DNA of 64,000 nucleotides from Candidatus Xenobia bacterium. Lineage in GTDB: Bacteria; Vulcanimicrobiota; Xenobia; Xenobiales; QWHO01. This document shows, in pieces, positions 9,551 to 19,377 of this stretch; the first letter of the stretch is position 1, and each line of letters opens with the position of its first letter. The stretch spans positions 35,148-99,147 of the forward strand of contig BTUM01000022.1 in the NCBI GenBank assembly GCA_045863235.1, in the 5' to 3' direction. The notes under the pieces were generated by a model. The model saw nothing but the letters and a program-made list of their open reading frames with translations, ran no database searches and had not been told where the DNA came from. A program made the translations under genes and the position numbers.

Positions 9551-10030
9551 TCAATAACAGGTGCCCGGGCTCCAGTACGTCATCGGCGTGCAGATGGGAG
9601 CCCGCGGGTAAACCGGGTAGTTGTAGTTGGGGTAGTGCTGGTTCCCGTAGTAAACCCCGCCGGGACCGATGACGGTGGTCTCCGACTGCGTGCCCCACGG
9701 CGTGGTGCGGGTCCCGTGGCTGTAAACCGAGCCGTCGATGCCCACTCCGGTGGTCTGGGTGCGGTAACCGCCCCAGGCGTCATAACCGCCGGTCGTGACG
9801 GCGCAGCCGGTGGTGCCCAGCAGGGCTCCGCACATCGCCAGCACCGCGGCCGCTTTGCCGATCCGGCCCAGGCCCTTCTTGGAGGGCTTCTCGTCCGAGC
9901 CCGCGCTGATGGAAACCTCATCGCCCGCGGCCACCGGGGCGTTCTCGCCAGTCGCCTCGGCCGGCTTCTTGCCAGCGGCGCTGGAAACGTAGGCGTTGCT
10001 GCTCAGGGCTACGGGGGTCAGGGTATTCAT
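9551..10030 (-). CDS. hypothetical membrane/secreted protein
   Basis: ATG at 10030 preceded by a GGAGG RBS; low-complexity N-terminus, one hydrophobic segment, Gly/Tyr/Thr-rich C-terminus. Confidence 0.7.
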   Translation of the reverse strand: MNTLTPVALSSNAYVSSAAGKKPAEATGENAPVAAGDEVSISAGSDEKPSKKGLGRIGKAAAVLAMCGALLGTTGCAVTTGGYDAWGGYRTQTTGVGIDGSVYSHGTRTTPWGTQSETTVIGPGGVYYGNQHYPNYNYPVYPRAPICTPMTYWSPGTCY

Positions 10031-10129
10031 CGGATATTCCTCCACCAGAACCAGGATGTCTTCTCTTTGCCCGCAGTGTAGATCCAGATCCTGAAGGGAA
10101 GCTGAAAGGCGCGGTCCAATGAGCAGATT

Positions 10130-11956
10130 ATGCAGGAAGCCGACCCCGGGCAGTACATCGAACGCGTCAGTCTGGCCACGGGCGAGGTGCTCGAAGGCCC
10201 TATCGAGCCAGACGAGCTGTTGGTGCGCAAGCACCGCGACTACCATATCGTGGACGTCTACGCCCGCTCTTTGATGAGCTGGCTGGTCAAGACGGGAGAC
10301 GAGGAGCACGCTCGCTCTACCATGAAGCGCGTGCGCAGCTTCGGCAAGAAGACTGCCGAGATGCTGGCCAGGGCGGTGGGGGCCAAGGACCCCAAGAAGA
10401 TTGGGGAGGCCCTCTTTGGCCTCAAGCGGCGCGAGTTCTACTTCCGCTACAAGCGCCAGCGCCTCAAGAAGCAGGAGATCGAAGCGCGACTCGAGCGTCT
10501 GCGCCAGGAGGCCCGTGAGCAGCTTGAGAAATCGAGCGGGCTGAGGGTCTTGCTCACGGGCGGCACCGGATTCGTCGGCAAGGAAGTCATGTGCCAGGCC
10601 GCTCGCGACGACCAGGTCAGTGAGATGGTGGTGCTGATCCGTCCCAAGGTCATCAAGAATCGCCGCACCGGCGAGGTGGAGCAGGTGCTGACCCCCACAG
10701 ACCGGGGACGAGAGCTCCTGCGCGAGCTGTGGCTCGACGACCCGAAGCTGGCCCGCAAGTTCCGCTTCATCGACGGCGACATCGAGAAGCCCGGCCTGGG
10801 GATCAGCCCCGAGGACCTGAAGGTGCTCGAGCGCACCCTCACCCACGTCATTCACTGTGCCGCCAGCGTGGCCTTCGACGATCCTTACCTCGAGTCGTAT
10901 CGGGCCAACGTGCTGGGCAGCCTGAACGCCCTCAACTTCTCGCTGGGCCTTCAGTACGCCCAGGACAGCCCCTTCGTGGCTCACCTTTCCATCGAGACCG
11001 CCTACATCCACGGGCGCCAGGTGCGCCAGGAGGCGCGCGAGGAGGACGTGGTCTTCCCGCGCAACTTCTACAACAACTTCTACGAGCTCACCAAGGCCTT
11101 CGGCTCGATTGAGACCGAGCGCTTCATGCTCGATGAGGGCCTGCGGGTGGTGCAGCTTTGTCCCGCCATCGTGATCGGAGACAGCCGCACGGGCAACAAC
11201 CGGGGGGACCAGAAGGTGGTCAACGCTCCCGTCAATGCCTTCGGTCGCGCCAAGGAGGCGCTGCGTGAGAGCCAGGGCGACTTCCTCAAGTTCGGCAAGA
11301 CCTGGGTTCTCTACAAGATGGCCAGCATTTTCCCGGGCGACCCTTCCGCCCAGCTCAACCTGATCCCGGTCGACTGGGTGGCCCGCGGCATCGTGGCCGC
11401 CCTCAAGCGCCCCGAGGCGGTGGGCGAGCGCATTCACCTGGCCACCGACAACCGCATCACCGCTCAGGACATGCAAGACATCCTGCGCGACGAGCTGCGC
11501 GTGGACGTCAAGTTGACCGAGCCCACCATGCACCGGGCCGTGCAACTGCCAATGTTCACCAAGTTCCTGGAGACCATCCGTCAGCGCAACCTGGCTCGCG
11601 CCTTGAGAAAGCTGGGAACCATCTTCGGGGGCTACTCCGAGTGGGGCCAGCCCATCCACGCCGTGGGCCATGACGTCAGGGTGCTGGGGTTGCCCGAGCA
11701 ACGCCCCAACACCGAGGCCGCCTTCCGTATGCTGTGCCGGCACAACAAGTACGTCCAGCAGTTCGGCAAGCTGCGCGACCCCCTCGAGCTTGCCCGCCGC
11801 GAGAAGCTTTGGAGCGAGTTCATCCAGTCCCTGGAAGAGCGCACCGGCCAGCCGGCCAGCTCGCTCTCCTCCACCGAGTTCCGCAAAGCCCTCAAAGCCG
11901 AGCTCGATCTTGAGCTGTTTCAGCCCCTGACCAGGGAGAGCCCTGCAGGGTGTTGA
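10130..11956 (+). CDS. extended SDR, fatty acyl-CoA reductase-like (NAD_binding_4/male-sterility family)
   Basis: LLTGGTGFVG, IDGDIEKPGLGIS, VIHCAASVAF, NFYELTK (YxxxK) and NLIPVDWVA. Confidence 0.8.
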   Translation: MQEADPGQYIERVSLATGEVLEGPIEPDELLVRKHRDYHIVDVYARSLMSWLVKTGDEEHARSTMKRVRSFGKKTAEMLARAVGAKDPKKIGEALFGLKRREFYFRYKRQRLKKQEIEARLERLRQEAREQLEKSSGLRVLLTGGTGFVGKEVMCQAARDDQVSEMVVLIRPKVIKNRRTGEVEQVLTPTDRGRELLRELWLDDPKLARKFRFIDGDIEKPGLGISPEDLKVLERTLTHVIHCAASVAFDDPYLESYRANVLGSLNALNFSLGLQYAQDSPFVAHLSIETAYIHGRQVRQEAREEDVVFPRNFYNNFYELTKAFGSIETERFMLDEGLRVVQLCPAIVIGDSRTGNNRGDQKVVNAPVNAFGRAKEALRESQGDFLKFGKTWVLYKMASIFPGDPSAQLNLIPVDWVARGIVAALKRPEAVGERIHLATDNRITAQDMQDILRDELRVDVKLTEPTMHRAVQLPMFTKFLETIRQRNLARALRKLGTIFGGYSEWGQPIHAVGHDVRVLGLPEQRPNTEAAFRMLCRHNKYVQQFGKLRDPLELARREKLWSEFIQSLEERTGQPASSLSSTEFRKALKAELDLELFQPLTRESPAGC

Positions 11957-11969
11957 ATTTTCAAGGAGC

Positions 11970-12881
11970 ATGTTGACGCGCCGGGTGAGCCCCCAGTGCA
12001 CCATGATGAGCTTTGTCATCCGCCGGCTGGTGAAGGCCCGCTCGCGCGGCCACATTGACGTTCCCTACGTGCGCCGCTGGATCCGCTTCCTCATGGGGGT
12101 GCACAACCTCAGCCTGTTCAACGTCAGCTTCGCGCCCGTTCACGAGCAGGGTATCCGAGCCGAATGGGCCCTGCCACCCAAAGGCTCCTCCTGCCGGGCG
12201 ATCCTCTACTTTCACGGCGGGGGCTACTTCTTCTGCTCGCCCGAGACCCATCGCCCCATCACCGCCGGTCTGGCCCACTTCAGCGGGGCGCAGACGCTGG
12301 CCGTGCGCTACCGGCTGGCGCCCGAGCACCCCTATCCGGCCGCCCTGGAAGACGGGCTGAACGCCTATCGCTGGTTGCGCGACAGGGGCTTTCGGCCCGA
12401 TCAGATCGCCCTGGCCGGCGACTCGGCCGGGGGCGGCCTGGCCCTGGCGATCCTGATCGCCTTGCGCGACCAGGGCGAGCCCCTGCCGGCCGCGGCCACC
12501 GTCTTCTCGCCCTGGACCGACCTGGCTTGCACCGGTCATTCCCTCGACCACAACGACCGCCACTGCATCATGTTCAGTGGCGAAGGCATCCGCCGCGCCG
12601 TCAACCTCTACGTCGGTCAGGAAGACCCCCGCCATCCTACCCTCTCGCCCCTCTACGCCGATCTTTCCGGGCTTCCCCCGCTCTTGCTGCACGTGAGCGA
12701 CAACGAGGTGCTGCTCGACGACTCCACCCGCTTTGCCCGCAAGGCCCAGCAGCACGGGGTGACCACCCGGCTCAAGGTGTGGCAGGGCCAGCCCCACGTC
12801 TGGCAGCTCTTTGCCCCCGTCATGCCCGAGGGGCGCCAGTCGCTGGCCGAGGCCGGCGAGTTCATCCGGCGCTTCGTGTAG
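11970..12881 (+). CDS. alpha/beta hydrolase (HSL/family IV esterase)
   Basis: FHGGGY, YRLAPEHPYPAALED, GDSAGG and HVWQ. Confidence 0.92.
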   Translation: MLTRRVSPQCTMMSFVIRRLVKARSRGHIDVPYVRRWIRFLMGVHNLSLFNVSFAPVHEQGIRAEWALPPKGSSCRAILYFHGGGYFFCSPETHRPITAGLAHFSGAQTLAVRYRLAPEHPYPAALEDGLNAYRWLRDRGFRPDQIALAGDSAGGGLALAILIALRDQGEPLPAAATVFSPWTDLACTGHSLDHNDRHCIMFSGEGIRRAVNLYVGQEDPRHPTLSPLYADLSGLPPLLLHVSDNEVLLDDSTRFARKAQQHGVTTRLKVWQGQPHVWQLFAPVMPEGRQSLAEAGEFIRRFV

Positions 12882-12888
12882 GCGCAAG

Positions 12889-14229
12889 GTGGCCAGCAAG
12901 CCCCGCACCATTCCGCTGACCAACGCCGACGCCGCCTGGCTGCACATGGAGGAGCCCAACAACCCCATGATGGTCACCGGCATGTTCTTGTTCGACCGGC
13001 CGGTCGACCACGAGTGGTTGCGCTTCACGCTGGAGAGGCGTTTGCTGCGCTATGAGCGATTTCGCATGAAGGTCGAGTTTCCCGTGCTCGGCCGTCCCCG
13101 CTGGACGCTGGACAAACAGTTCGACATCGACCGGCACCTGGTATCCTGGCGTTTGCCCCCTCAGTCCGGCGAGAGCGACCTGCTCGAGTTCGTCAGCGAC
13201 CTGATGAGCAGCCCGTTGGACCAGAGCGTTCCCCTGTGGCAGCTCCACCTGGTGCAAGACTTCCAGGGCGGCTCGGCTCTCATCGCCCGCCTGCATCATT
13301 GCATTGCCGACGGCATCGCCCTCATGCGGGTGCTGCTCGATCTTACCGACCCCGAGCCCTCCCCTCCGGTCGAGCGCGACGAGCAGCCCGAGGTGCGCGA
13401 GTCGCCCCGCCGCCGCAAGGGCCCCAAGATGCACGCCAGCCGCGAGATCACGGTGCGCCCCATGGAGATGATCGACGTGGCCCGAAAGCACCTGGCCGCG
13501 GCCGGCAACCTGGGCAAGATGCTGCTGCTCGAGGGTGAGCCCGTGACGCCCCTGCGAGGTCCGCTCGGGCCCCGCAAGCGGGCCGCCGTCTCGCGGGCCA
13601 TACCGCTGGAAGAGGTCAAGGCGGCCCGGCGCCGCATCGGCGGCACCGTCAACGACATCCTGGTGGCCGCCCTGACGGGAGGGCTCAAGCGCTACCTGGG
13701 CCGGCGAGGCTTCGAGCCCGGTCCCGAGGTTTCGGTGCGGGCCGTGGTTCCGGTCGACCTGCGCCAGCCCCATCACGCCGACCTGGGCAACCGCTTCGGC
13801 ATGGTCTTCCTGGCCCTGCCGGTGGGCCTGGAGACCCCCGCCGAGCAGTTCGCCGAGGTCAAGCGCCGCATGGACGCCCTCAAGAGCGGTCCCCAGGCGG
13901 TGGTAGTCTTCGGCCTGCTCAGCGCCGTGGGCACCATTCCGGCCGAGCTTCAGACCCGGGTGGTGGAGTTCTTCGGCTCCAAGTCGACCCTGGTGGTGAC
14001 CAACGTGCCCGGTCCCGACAAGCAGCTCTACCTGGCCGGCCAGGCCATTACCGGCTTGATGTTCTGGGTGCCCCAGTCGGGCCGCCTGGGGCTGGGGGTG
14101 AGCATCTTGAGCTACGGAGGCCAGGTGCGGGTGGGGGTGGCCTGCGACGACCGCCTGGTGACCGACCCGGAGACACTGGTGGAGGATTTCCACGCCGCCT
14201 TCGACCAGCTTGTTGATCGGGATCACTGA
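12889..14229 (+). CDS. wax ester synthase/diacylglycerol acyltransferase (WS/DGAT)
   Basis: HHCIADG catalytic motif, PLWQLHLV, GTVNDI and TNVPGP; GTG start 7 nt after the esterase stop. Confidence 0.92.
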   Translation: MASKPRTIPLTNADAAWLHMEEPNNPMMVTGMFLFDRPVDHEWLRFTLERRLLRYERFRMKVEFPVLGRPRWTLDKQFDIDRHLVSWRLPPQSGESDLLEFVSDLMSSPLDQSVPLWQLHLVQDFQGGSALIARLHHCIADGIALMRVLLDLTDPEPSPPVERDEQPEVRESPRRRKGPKMHASREITVRPMEMIDVARKHLAAAGNLGKMLLLEGEPVTPLRGPLGPRKRAAVSRAIPLEEVKAARRRIGGTVNDILVAALTGGLKRYLGRRGFEPGPEVSVRAVVPVDLRQPHHADLGNRFGMVFLALPVGLETPAEQFAEVKRRMDALKSGPQAVVVFGLLSAVGTIPAELQTRVVEFFGSKSTLVVTNVPGPDKQLYLAGQAITGLMFWVPQSGRLGLGVSILSYGGQVRVGVACDDRLVTDPETLVEDFHAAFDQLVDRDH

Positions 14230-14284
14230 ACAGACTGGTCAGATGGGTCTAAGCTGAGGTATCATCAGCTGAGGAGGTCGTCCC

Positions 14285-14707
14285 GTGAGCATGGCATTCT
14301 TGAACCGCAGGCTGGACGAGCTGGCCGAAGTGCAATCGCACGAGTTTCGCCTGATCATGGGCGCTCTGGCCCAGCATAAACGCCAGTTTGGGACGATGCA
14401 GCAGTCCATGGGAGAGATGCAGCAGACTGTCGGCCAACTCCAGCAGACCGTCGGCCAACTCCAGCAGACTGTCGGCCAACTCCAGCAGACTGTCGGCCAG
14501 CTCCAGCAGACTGTCGGCCAACTCCAGCAGACCGTCGGCAATGTGCAAGATTCCATCGGCGAGATCAACGAAACCCTCGAGCAGCTCAGCTCGTCCTCCG
14601 ATCTGCAGGCCCAGGCCATGGAACGCTACAATGCCGTCGCCGAAGAGCGCTTTGCCCTTCTGCGCCGGGTCCTGGCCGAGCACGAGCACGACGACCCGGC
14701 CGCCTGA
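14285..14707 (+). CDS. small coiled-coil protein with heptad repeats
   Basis: GAGGAGG RBS upstream; (QQTVGQL)x5 plus QQTVG. Start could be the ATG at 14291. Confidence 0.75.
   Translation: MSMAFLNRRLDELAEVQSHEFRLIMGALAQHKRQFGTMQQSMGEMQQTVGQLQQTVGQLQQTVGQLQQTVGQLQQTVGQLQQTVGNVQDSIGEINETLEQLSSSSDLQAQAMERYNAVAEERFALLRRVLAEHEHDDPAA
14420..14539. repeat. 21-bp coding tandem repeat, about 6 copies
   Basis: CAGCAGAC[TC]GTCGGCCA[AG]CTC at 14420, 14441, 14462, 14483, 14504 and 14525. Confidence 0.95.
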
Positions 14708-14747
14708 TTTCAGCTTTTTTTCAGCCCCCCGGTCTACCAAGACGGGT

Positions 14748-15140
14748 ATGAACGTCTGCTGCCGCCCCGCCCCGAGCTACGGGCCCTACTATCCCCCGCC
14801 CTACTATCCACCGCCCTGTCCCCCCCCGTGGCAGGAGCCTCCCCGGGAGCACTCCGCGCTCTCGCGAGCCGGTGGCGCCCTGTGGGGCGGCGCGGTGGGC
14901 TGGGAGGCTGGCTGCACCGCCGGCCAGATCGTCTTCGGACCTCCCGGCGCGCTGGTCTTCGGCGTGACCGGCGCGGCCTACGGGGCCATTCGCGGCTGCC
15001 AGGAGGGCTTCGCCACCACCTTCTGCACCACCGTGGGAGCTGGCCTGGGAGCCCAGGTGGGCATGCAATGCGCCGGCCTGTTTGGCGGCGTAGCCGGCCT
15101 CATCGTGGGCGGCTACGTGGGCTACAAGCTCGCCAACTGA
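14748..15140 (+). CDS. Pro-rich, glycine-zipper membrane protein
   Basis: MNVCC start; PYYPPP repeats followed by GxxxG-rich hydrophobic segments. Confidence 0.65.
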   Translation: MNVCCRPAPSYGPYYPPPYYPPPCPPPWQEPPREHSALSRAGGALWGGAVGWEAGCTAGQIVFGPPGALVFGVTGAAYGAIRGCQEGFATTFCTTVGAGLGAQVGMQCAGLFGGVAGLIVGGYVGYKLAN

Positions 15141-15219
15141 CCGTCAGCGGGCACGAGATCTGCACTCATTCCCGGACGAGCTGCGCCCGCTCTGCGCGCA
15201 ACCCGCCGGTTCTGCTACC

Positions 15220-17910
15220 CTAAGAACGAGTGCGCAAACGCACCCCGCCCACTGTGACCCCACCCCGGCTGACCTGAACCCCGCCCGCGACCTGACCCTC
15301 GTCGGCCGGGCCCCGCGTCAGCGCCTTCAAAGCGTCGCTCAGGCTGCTGCTGGATAGATAGCTCTTGAGGAAGCTGTCGGTGGCCTGACCCAGCTCGCGG
15401 CCGGTCCAGGCTCCATCTCGCACGCTGCCCACCAGGGCCTGGTAAGCCTGACGGCTGGCCTCGACCCCCTCGCTCGGCTCCAGGGCGTGCCGCAGCCGTG
15501 ACAGAGCCTCCAGGCGCTCATCCAGGCTCGAGCCGGGCAGACTTTCCCCGGTGAGCAGCTGGTAGTCGGGAGCCACCGGGCCATCCCCCAGCGCGGCGTG
15601 CAGGCGAGCGGCCATCAGCTGACGTTGTTCGAACGGCTCGGGAGGCTGGCGCAGGCTCTCGAGGGCCCGCTTTGGATCGCCCTGCAGGTCAAGCTCCACC
15701 TGCAACCGCTGCACCAGCTCCGAGCCTCCAATCTTGCCGAGCTGGCCGCTCTTCAGCTCGGTCAGAAGGGCCCGGGCATCCTTGCTGCTCAGCTTGCGAT
15801 TGAGGTCGGCCAGAGTTTGGGCGTCCTCCAGCAGCTTGCGGTCGCTCAGCCCGAGCAGGAAGCGATAGTCGCTCAGCGAGGACTCCACGCCGGTCCCGAA
15901 GTTGACGGTGCCCTGCTGGGGATCGAAGAAGGCGTTCAGGTTGATCCCGCTGACCGGCTCGTGCTCCGGCCGCCACAACATCTGCTCGGCCTTCTCGCGA
16001 AGCTCGAGCGGCTCGGGCAGCTCGGGGCATCCGCCCGGCTGCAGGCACTTGAGAGCCGTTTCGGTATCCCCCGCCAGGCGCTCCTCGCGCAGGAACCGGT
16101 CGGTCACCGTGGCGGGATCACCGGGGTGGGCCAGCAGCCTGGGGAAGAGCTCCAGGGCCGTCTTGTCGTCCAGGCGCTTGATCAGAGCGCCCAGAGCTTC
16201 CCCCGCCCGGGCCAGGTCCCTCTCGGGAGGATGCAGCTCGAGCAGGCGAGCGAAGATCTGAGTCGGGCGCTGGGGCCTGGGGACCCACTTCTGCCGGTCC
16301 TCAAAGAGGCGGCCCATGGGGCCGGCCATGCTCGTCCCCGACATGCTCGCCACCCGATCCTGGGCCGTCACCGCCCCGGCCACGGCCTGGTAGGCCTTCA
16401 GCGCCTCGGGATAGGGTGCCCCGCAGCCTCTCAGAAGCTGGTCGGCCTCCAGGGAGTCCTGAAAGCGCCCTCCCAGACGGCCCAGCACAAGCAGCCGCTC
16501 GCGATCTTCCGAGCCGTGCCCGTGGAAGTGGGCCACTGCGGGGGCCAGCCACTCGGGTTTCAAACCCTGCTCGGCTCGCAGCTCGAGGAAAGGCTCCACC
16601 AGGGCCTCCATCGGGCAGGTGGGAGAAGCGGCTGCGGCCAGTCGCCGCATGTCGGCCAGGGCCTCGGTCTCCTCCGGCTCGCCCATACCCCACAGCCTCA
16701 GGCCCAACCTCGCGGTCTCGTCCGGGTGATCCTTATGAAAAGCCTTGAGGCGCTCGTAAAGAGCCAGCTTGCCCTCCACGCTCTGGCCACTGGGGACGGC
16801 CAGGATGTCCAGCGTGGTCTTGCGCTCGGCCACCGGAAGCTCGAGCAGGTGCTCGCGGCGGTACTCCCTGGCCTGCTCGAAATCGGGTCCCAGCTGGAGC
16901 AGTCCGTCCGGTCCCAGCGGGGCCGGGGTCCAGGCCACACCGTCCAGAGCCACCTGGAAGACCGCTTTCGGATTCGAGCGCAGGCCGGCGTGGACGGCCA
17001 TCGCGTCCTCGGACTGGGCCACCGTCCCGATGAGGCTGAAGGTCGGGTCGGAGGGCAGGAACTGCACCCCCGAGCGAGCCAGCTCGCGCAACTGGCAGGC
17101 CAGCGGGTCGCGGTCCAGCTCCGGATGAGGCTCGCCCAGGTAGAAGAAGCAGGCTGCCTCCAGCGATTTCAGCTGACACGGGCGAGTGGCGTGGGGGCCC
17201 TGCACCCACACGTTGGTCAGCGTTCCCCGGGCAGCCTCGCGGTGAGCCCCGTAGACTCCGGCCGGGCGGGGGGGGTCGTGGGGCTTGATCCGCCCATCAT
17301 CGAGGGGCCAGATGTCCTTGAGCGAATCCGGGTCCGCCGTGTCGATGACCACGATCTTGGCGTGCAGCAGGCCCTTCTGGGCTTCGGGTACCCGGTAGTT
17401 GGACCCGGCCAGCAGCAGCTTGACGCCCCCTTCCTTCTCCAGCCGGGCGAACGTCGCGGCCGCCCGCGGGTCGGTCATGGCCGAGAACTCCTCGCGGGCC
17501 GCGTGCGAGAGGTCCTTGAGGTCCTGGAAGCTGGAGACGGGAATGCGCTCGACGTTCATGGCCGGCAGGAGGGAGAACGGCTTCTCCGTGGGCTCGGAGC
17601 TGCGCTGGCTCACCTGCAGCTCGCCCTCCGGCCATGAGCTGAGCGCTTCGAGGCTGACCTCTTTCTTGCCATCACTGAGGACGTAGCCGCCTGCCTTGAG
17701 GTCGGTTGCCAGGGCGCAGAGCTCGGCCCCCAGTGGAGGGGGACAGAGAGCCCAGGCGACCGCCGCCTCGATCCCGGTGCGCGGCGCCGGCGAGAAGTTC
17801 AGGTTGCCGCCCAGGATGACCTGGTCCGGGGAGGCGCTCTCGGGAGTGCTGGCAGCCCGCGCGGGAGCCGTCCAGGGAGTGAGCGGGGAGCCAAGGGAGG
17901 GAACCTGCAT
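15220..17910 (-). CDS. large hypothetical helical protein with C-terminal VTVGGVRLRTR motif
   Basis: Long ORF with GC-rich codon third positions; likely start MQVPSL; no recognised catalytic motif. Confidence 0.75.
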   Translation of the reverse strand: MQVPSLGSPLTPWTAPARAASTPESASPDQVILGGNLNFSPAPRTGIEAAVAWALCPPPLGAELCALATDLKAGGYVLSDGKKEVSLEALSSWPEGELQVSQRSSEPTEKPFSLLPAMNVERIPVSSFQDLKDLSHAAREEFSAMTDPRAAATFARLEKEGGVKLLLAGSNYRVPEAQKGLLHAKIVVIDTADPDSLKDIWPLDDGRIKPHDPPRPAGVYGAHREAARGTLTNVWVQGPHATRPCQLKSLEAACFFYLGEPHPELDRDPLACQLRELARSGVQFLPSDPTFSLIGTVAQSEDAMAVHAGLRSNPKAVFQVALDGVAWTPAPLGPDGLLQLGPDFEQAREYRREHLLELPVAERKTTLDILAVPSGQSVEGKLALYERLKAFHKDHPDETARLGLRLWGMGEPEETEALADMRRLAAAASPTCPMEALVEPFLELRAEQGLKPEWLAPAVAHFHGHGSEDRERLLVLGRLGGRFQDSLEADQLLRGCGAPYPEALKAYQAVAGAVTAQDRVASMSGTSMAGPMGRLFEDRQKWVPRPQRPTQIFARLLELHPPERDLARAGEALGALIKRLDDKTALELFPRLLAHPGDPATVTDRFLREERLAGDTETALKCLQPGGCPELPEPLELREKAEQMLWRPEHEPVSGINLNAFFDPQQGTVNFGTGVESSLSDYRFLLGLSDRKLLEDAQTLADLNRKLSSKDARALLTELKSGQLGKIGGSELVQRLQVELDLQGDPKRALESLRQPPEPFEQRQLMAARLHAALGDGPVAPDYQLLTGESLPGSSLDERLEALSRLRHALEPSEGVEASRQAYQALVGSVRDGAWTGRELGQATDSFLKSYLSSSSLSDALKALTRGPADEGQVAGGVQVSRGGVTVGGVRLRTRS

Positions 17911-18105
17911 CGAGACCCTTATTCGTTTGGAGCCCGCTCGCCCCCTGTCCCGCCTGATTTGGACCCGCACGCCGGCAGGCTCCAACTCGAAGAAGGATCA
18001 TGTCCGCTTCCGAGCCGGATCACGACGAACGTGCGTTCCGGGCTCCAACTCGAGGACGGATCATGATCCATGGACAGACCCGGGCCCGCCGGCTACAATG
18101 CCGCA

Positions 18106-19377
18106 ATGGACCAGCCGCCCTATCGGCAGCGCGAGATCTACCTCCAGGGGGCTGGCGGCCGCAAGCCCCTGGTGCCGCTCGATTTCGAGGCCATGGAGCG
18201 GGCCTGCCAGAAGCGCCTCAGCCCCGAAGCCTTCGGCTACCTGGCCGGGGGGGCCGGGCGCGAGTCCACCATGCAGGTTAACCGTCAGGCCTTCGAGCGC
18301 TGGTGCATCCTGCCCACCATGCTCAAAGACGTCTCCCAGCGCGATCTCTCCGTGGAGTTGCTGGGCCGCAAGCTGCCGGCTCCCGTGCTGCTCTGCCCGG
18401 TCGGAGCGCTCGAGCTGGCTCACCCCCACGCCGACGCGGCCGTGGCCCGAGCCGCCCGCGGGTTGGGCCTGCCGATGATCTTCTCCAACCAGGCCTCGGT
18501 GCCCATGGAGGTGTGCGCCGCCGCCATGGGCGACAGCCCGCGCTGGTTCCAGCTTTACTGGAGCAAGTCCAACGAGCTGGTCGAGAGCCTGGTGCGCCGG
18601 GCCGAGCGCTGCGGCTGCGAGGCCATCGTGGTCTCGGTGGATACCCCTCTACTGGGCTGGCGCACCCGCGACCTGGAGAACGGCTACCTCCCCTTCCTGC
18701 GCGGCCGGGGGTTGTCGCAGTACTTCACCGATCCCGTTTTCCAGCGCCTGCTCGACGAGCCCGGGGCAGGTGCCCCCGACCCCGATTCACCCCGCCCGAA
18801 GGGCCTGGGCGTGCTCGAGCTGCTCTACCAGATCAACCGCAGCTACCCCGGCAGCTTCCTGCAGAACCTGCGCACGGACCGCCCGCTGCGGGCCGTACGC
18901 CAGTTCATCCGCATCTACTCGCGCACCACCTTGACCTGGAAAGACCTCGACTTCTTGCGGGGCATCACCAGGCTGCCCGTGCTGCTCAAGGGCATCCTGA
19001 CGGTGGAGGACGCCCGGCGCGCCCTGGATCAGGGCCTGGATGGCATCATCGTATCCAACCACGGAGGCCGTCAGGTAGACGGCTCCATCACCGCCCTGGA
19101 CGCCCTCGACTCCATCTCGCAGGCCGTGGGCGACAAGCTCTTGCTGCTTTTCGACAGCGGCATCCGCCACGGCGCCGACGTCTTCAAGGCCCTCTGCCTG
19201 GGGGCCCGGGCCGTCTGCCTGGGCCGTCCCTTCGTCTACGGGCTGGCCCTGGCGGGGGAGGAGGGGGTGCGCGAGGTGCTGGCCAACCTGCTGGCCGACT
19301 TCGAGCTGACCATGGCTTTATCGGGTTGCTGCAGCCCGGCCGAGCTGGGCCGTCAGCACCTGGTGGCCGCGCCCTGA
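18106..19377 (+). CDS. FMN-dependent alpha-hydroxy acid oxidase (lactate 2-monooxygenase-like)
   Basis: YLAGGAGRE, WFQLYW, LLKGI, SNHGGRQ and DSGIRHGADVFKA. Confidence 0.92.
   Translation: MDQPPYRQREIYLQGAGGRKPLVPLDFEAMERACQKRLSPEAFGYLAGGAGRESTMQVNRQAFERWCILPTMLKDVSQRDLSVELLGRKLPAPVLLCPVGALELAHPHADAAVARAARGLGLPMIFSNQASVPMEVCAAAMGDSPRWFQLYWSKSNELVESLVRRAERCGCEAIVVSVDTPLLGWRTRDLENGYLPFLRGRGLSQYFTDPVFQRLLDEPGAGAPDPDSPRPKGLGVLELLYQINRSYPGSFLQNLRTDRPLRAVRQFIRIYSRTTLTWKDLDFLRGITRLPVLLKGILTVEDARRALDQGLDGIIVSNHGGRQVDGSITALDALDSISQAVGDKLLLLFDSGIRHGADVFKALCLGARAVCLGRPFVYGLALAGEEGVREVLANLLADFELTMALSGCCSPAELGRQHLVAAP

Noticed and set aside
10031..12055. N-terminal 675 aa of the 834-aa minus ORF
   Set aside because: Antisense to the SDR gene; only the last 159 aa, which has its own RBS, looks real.
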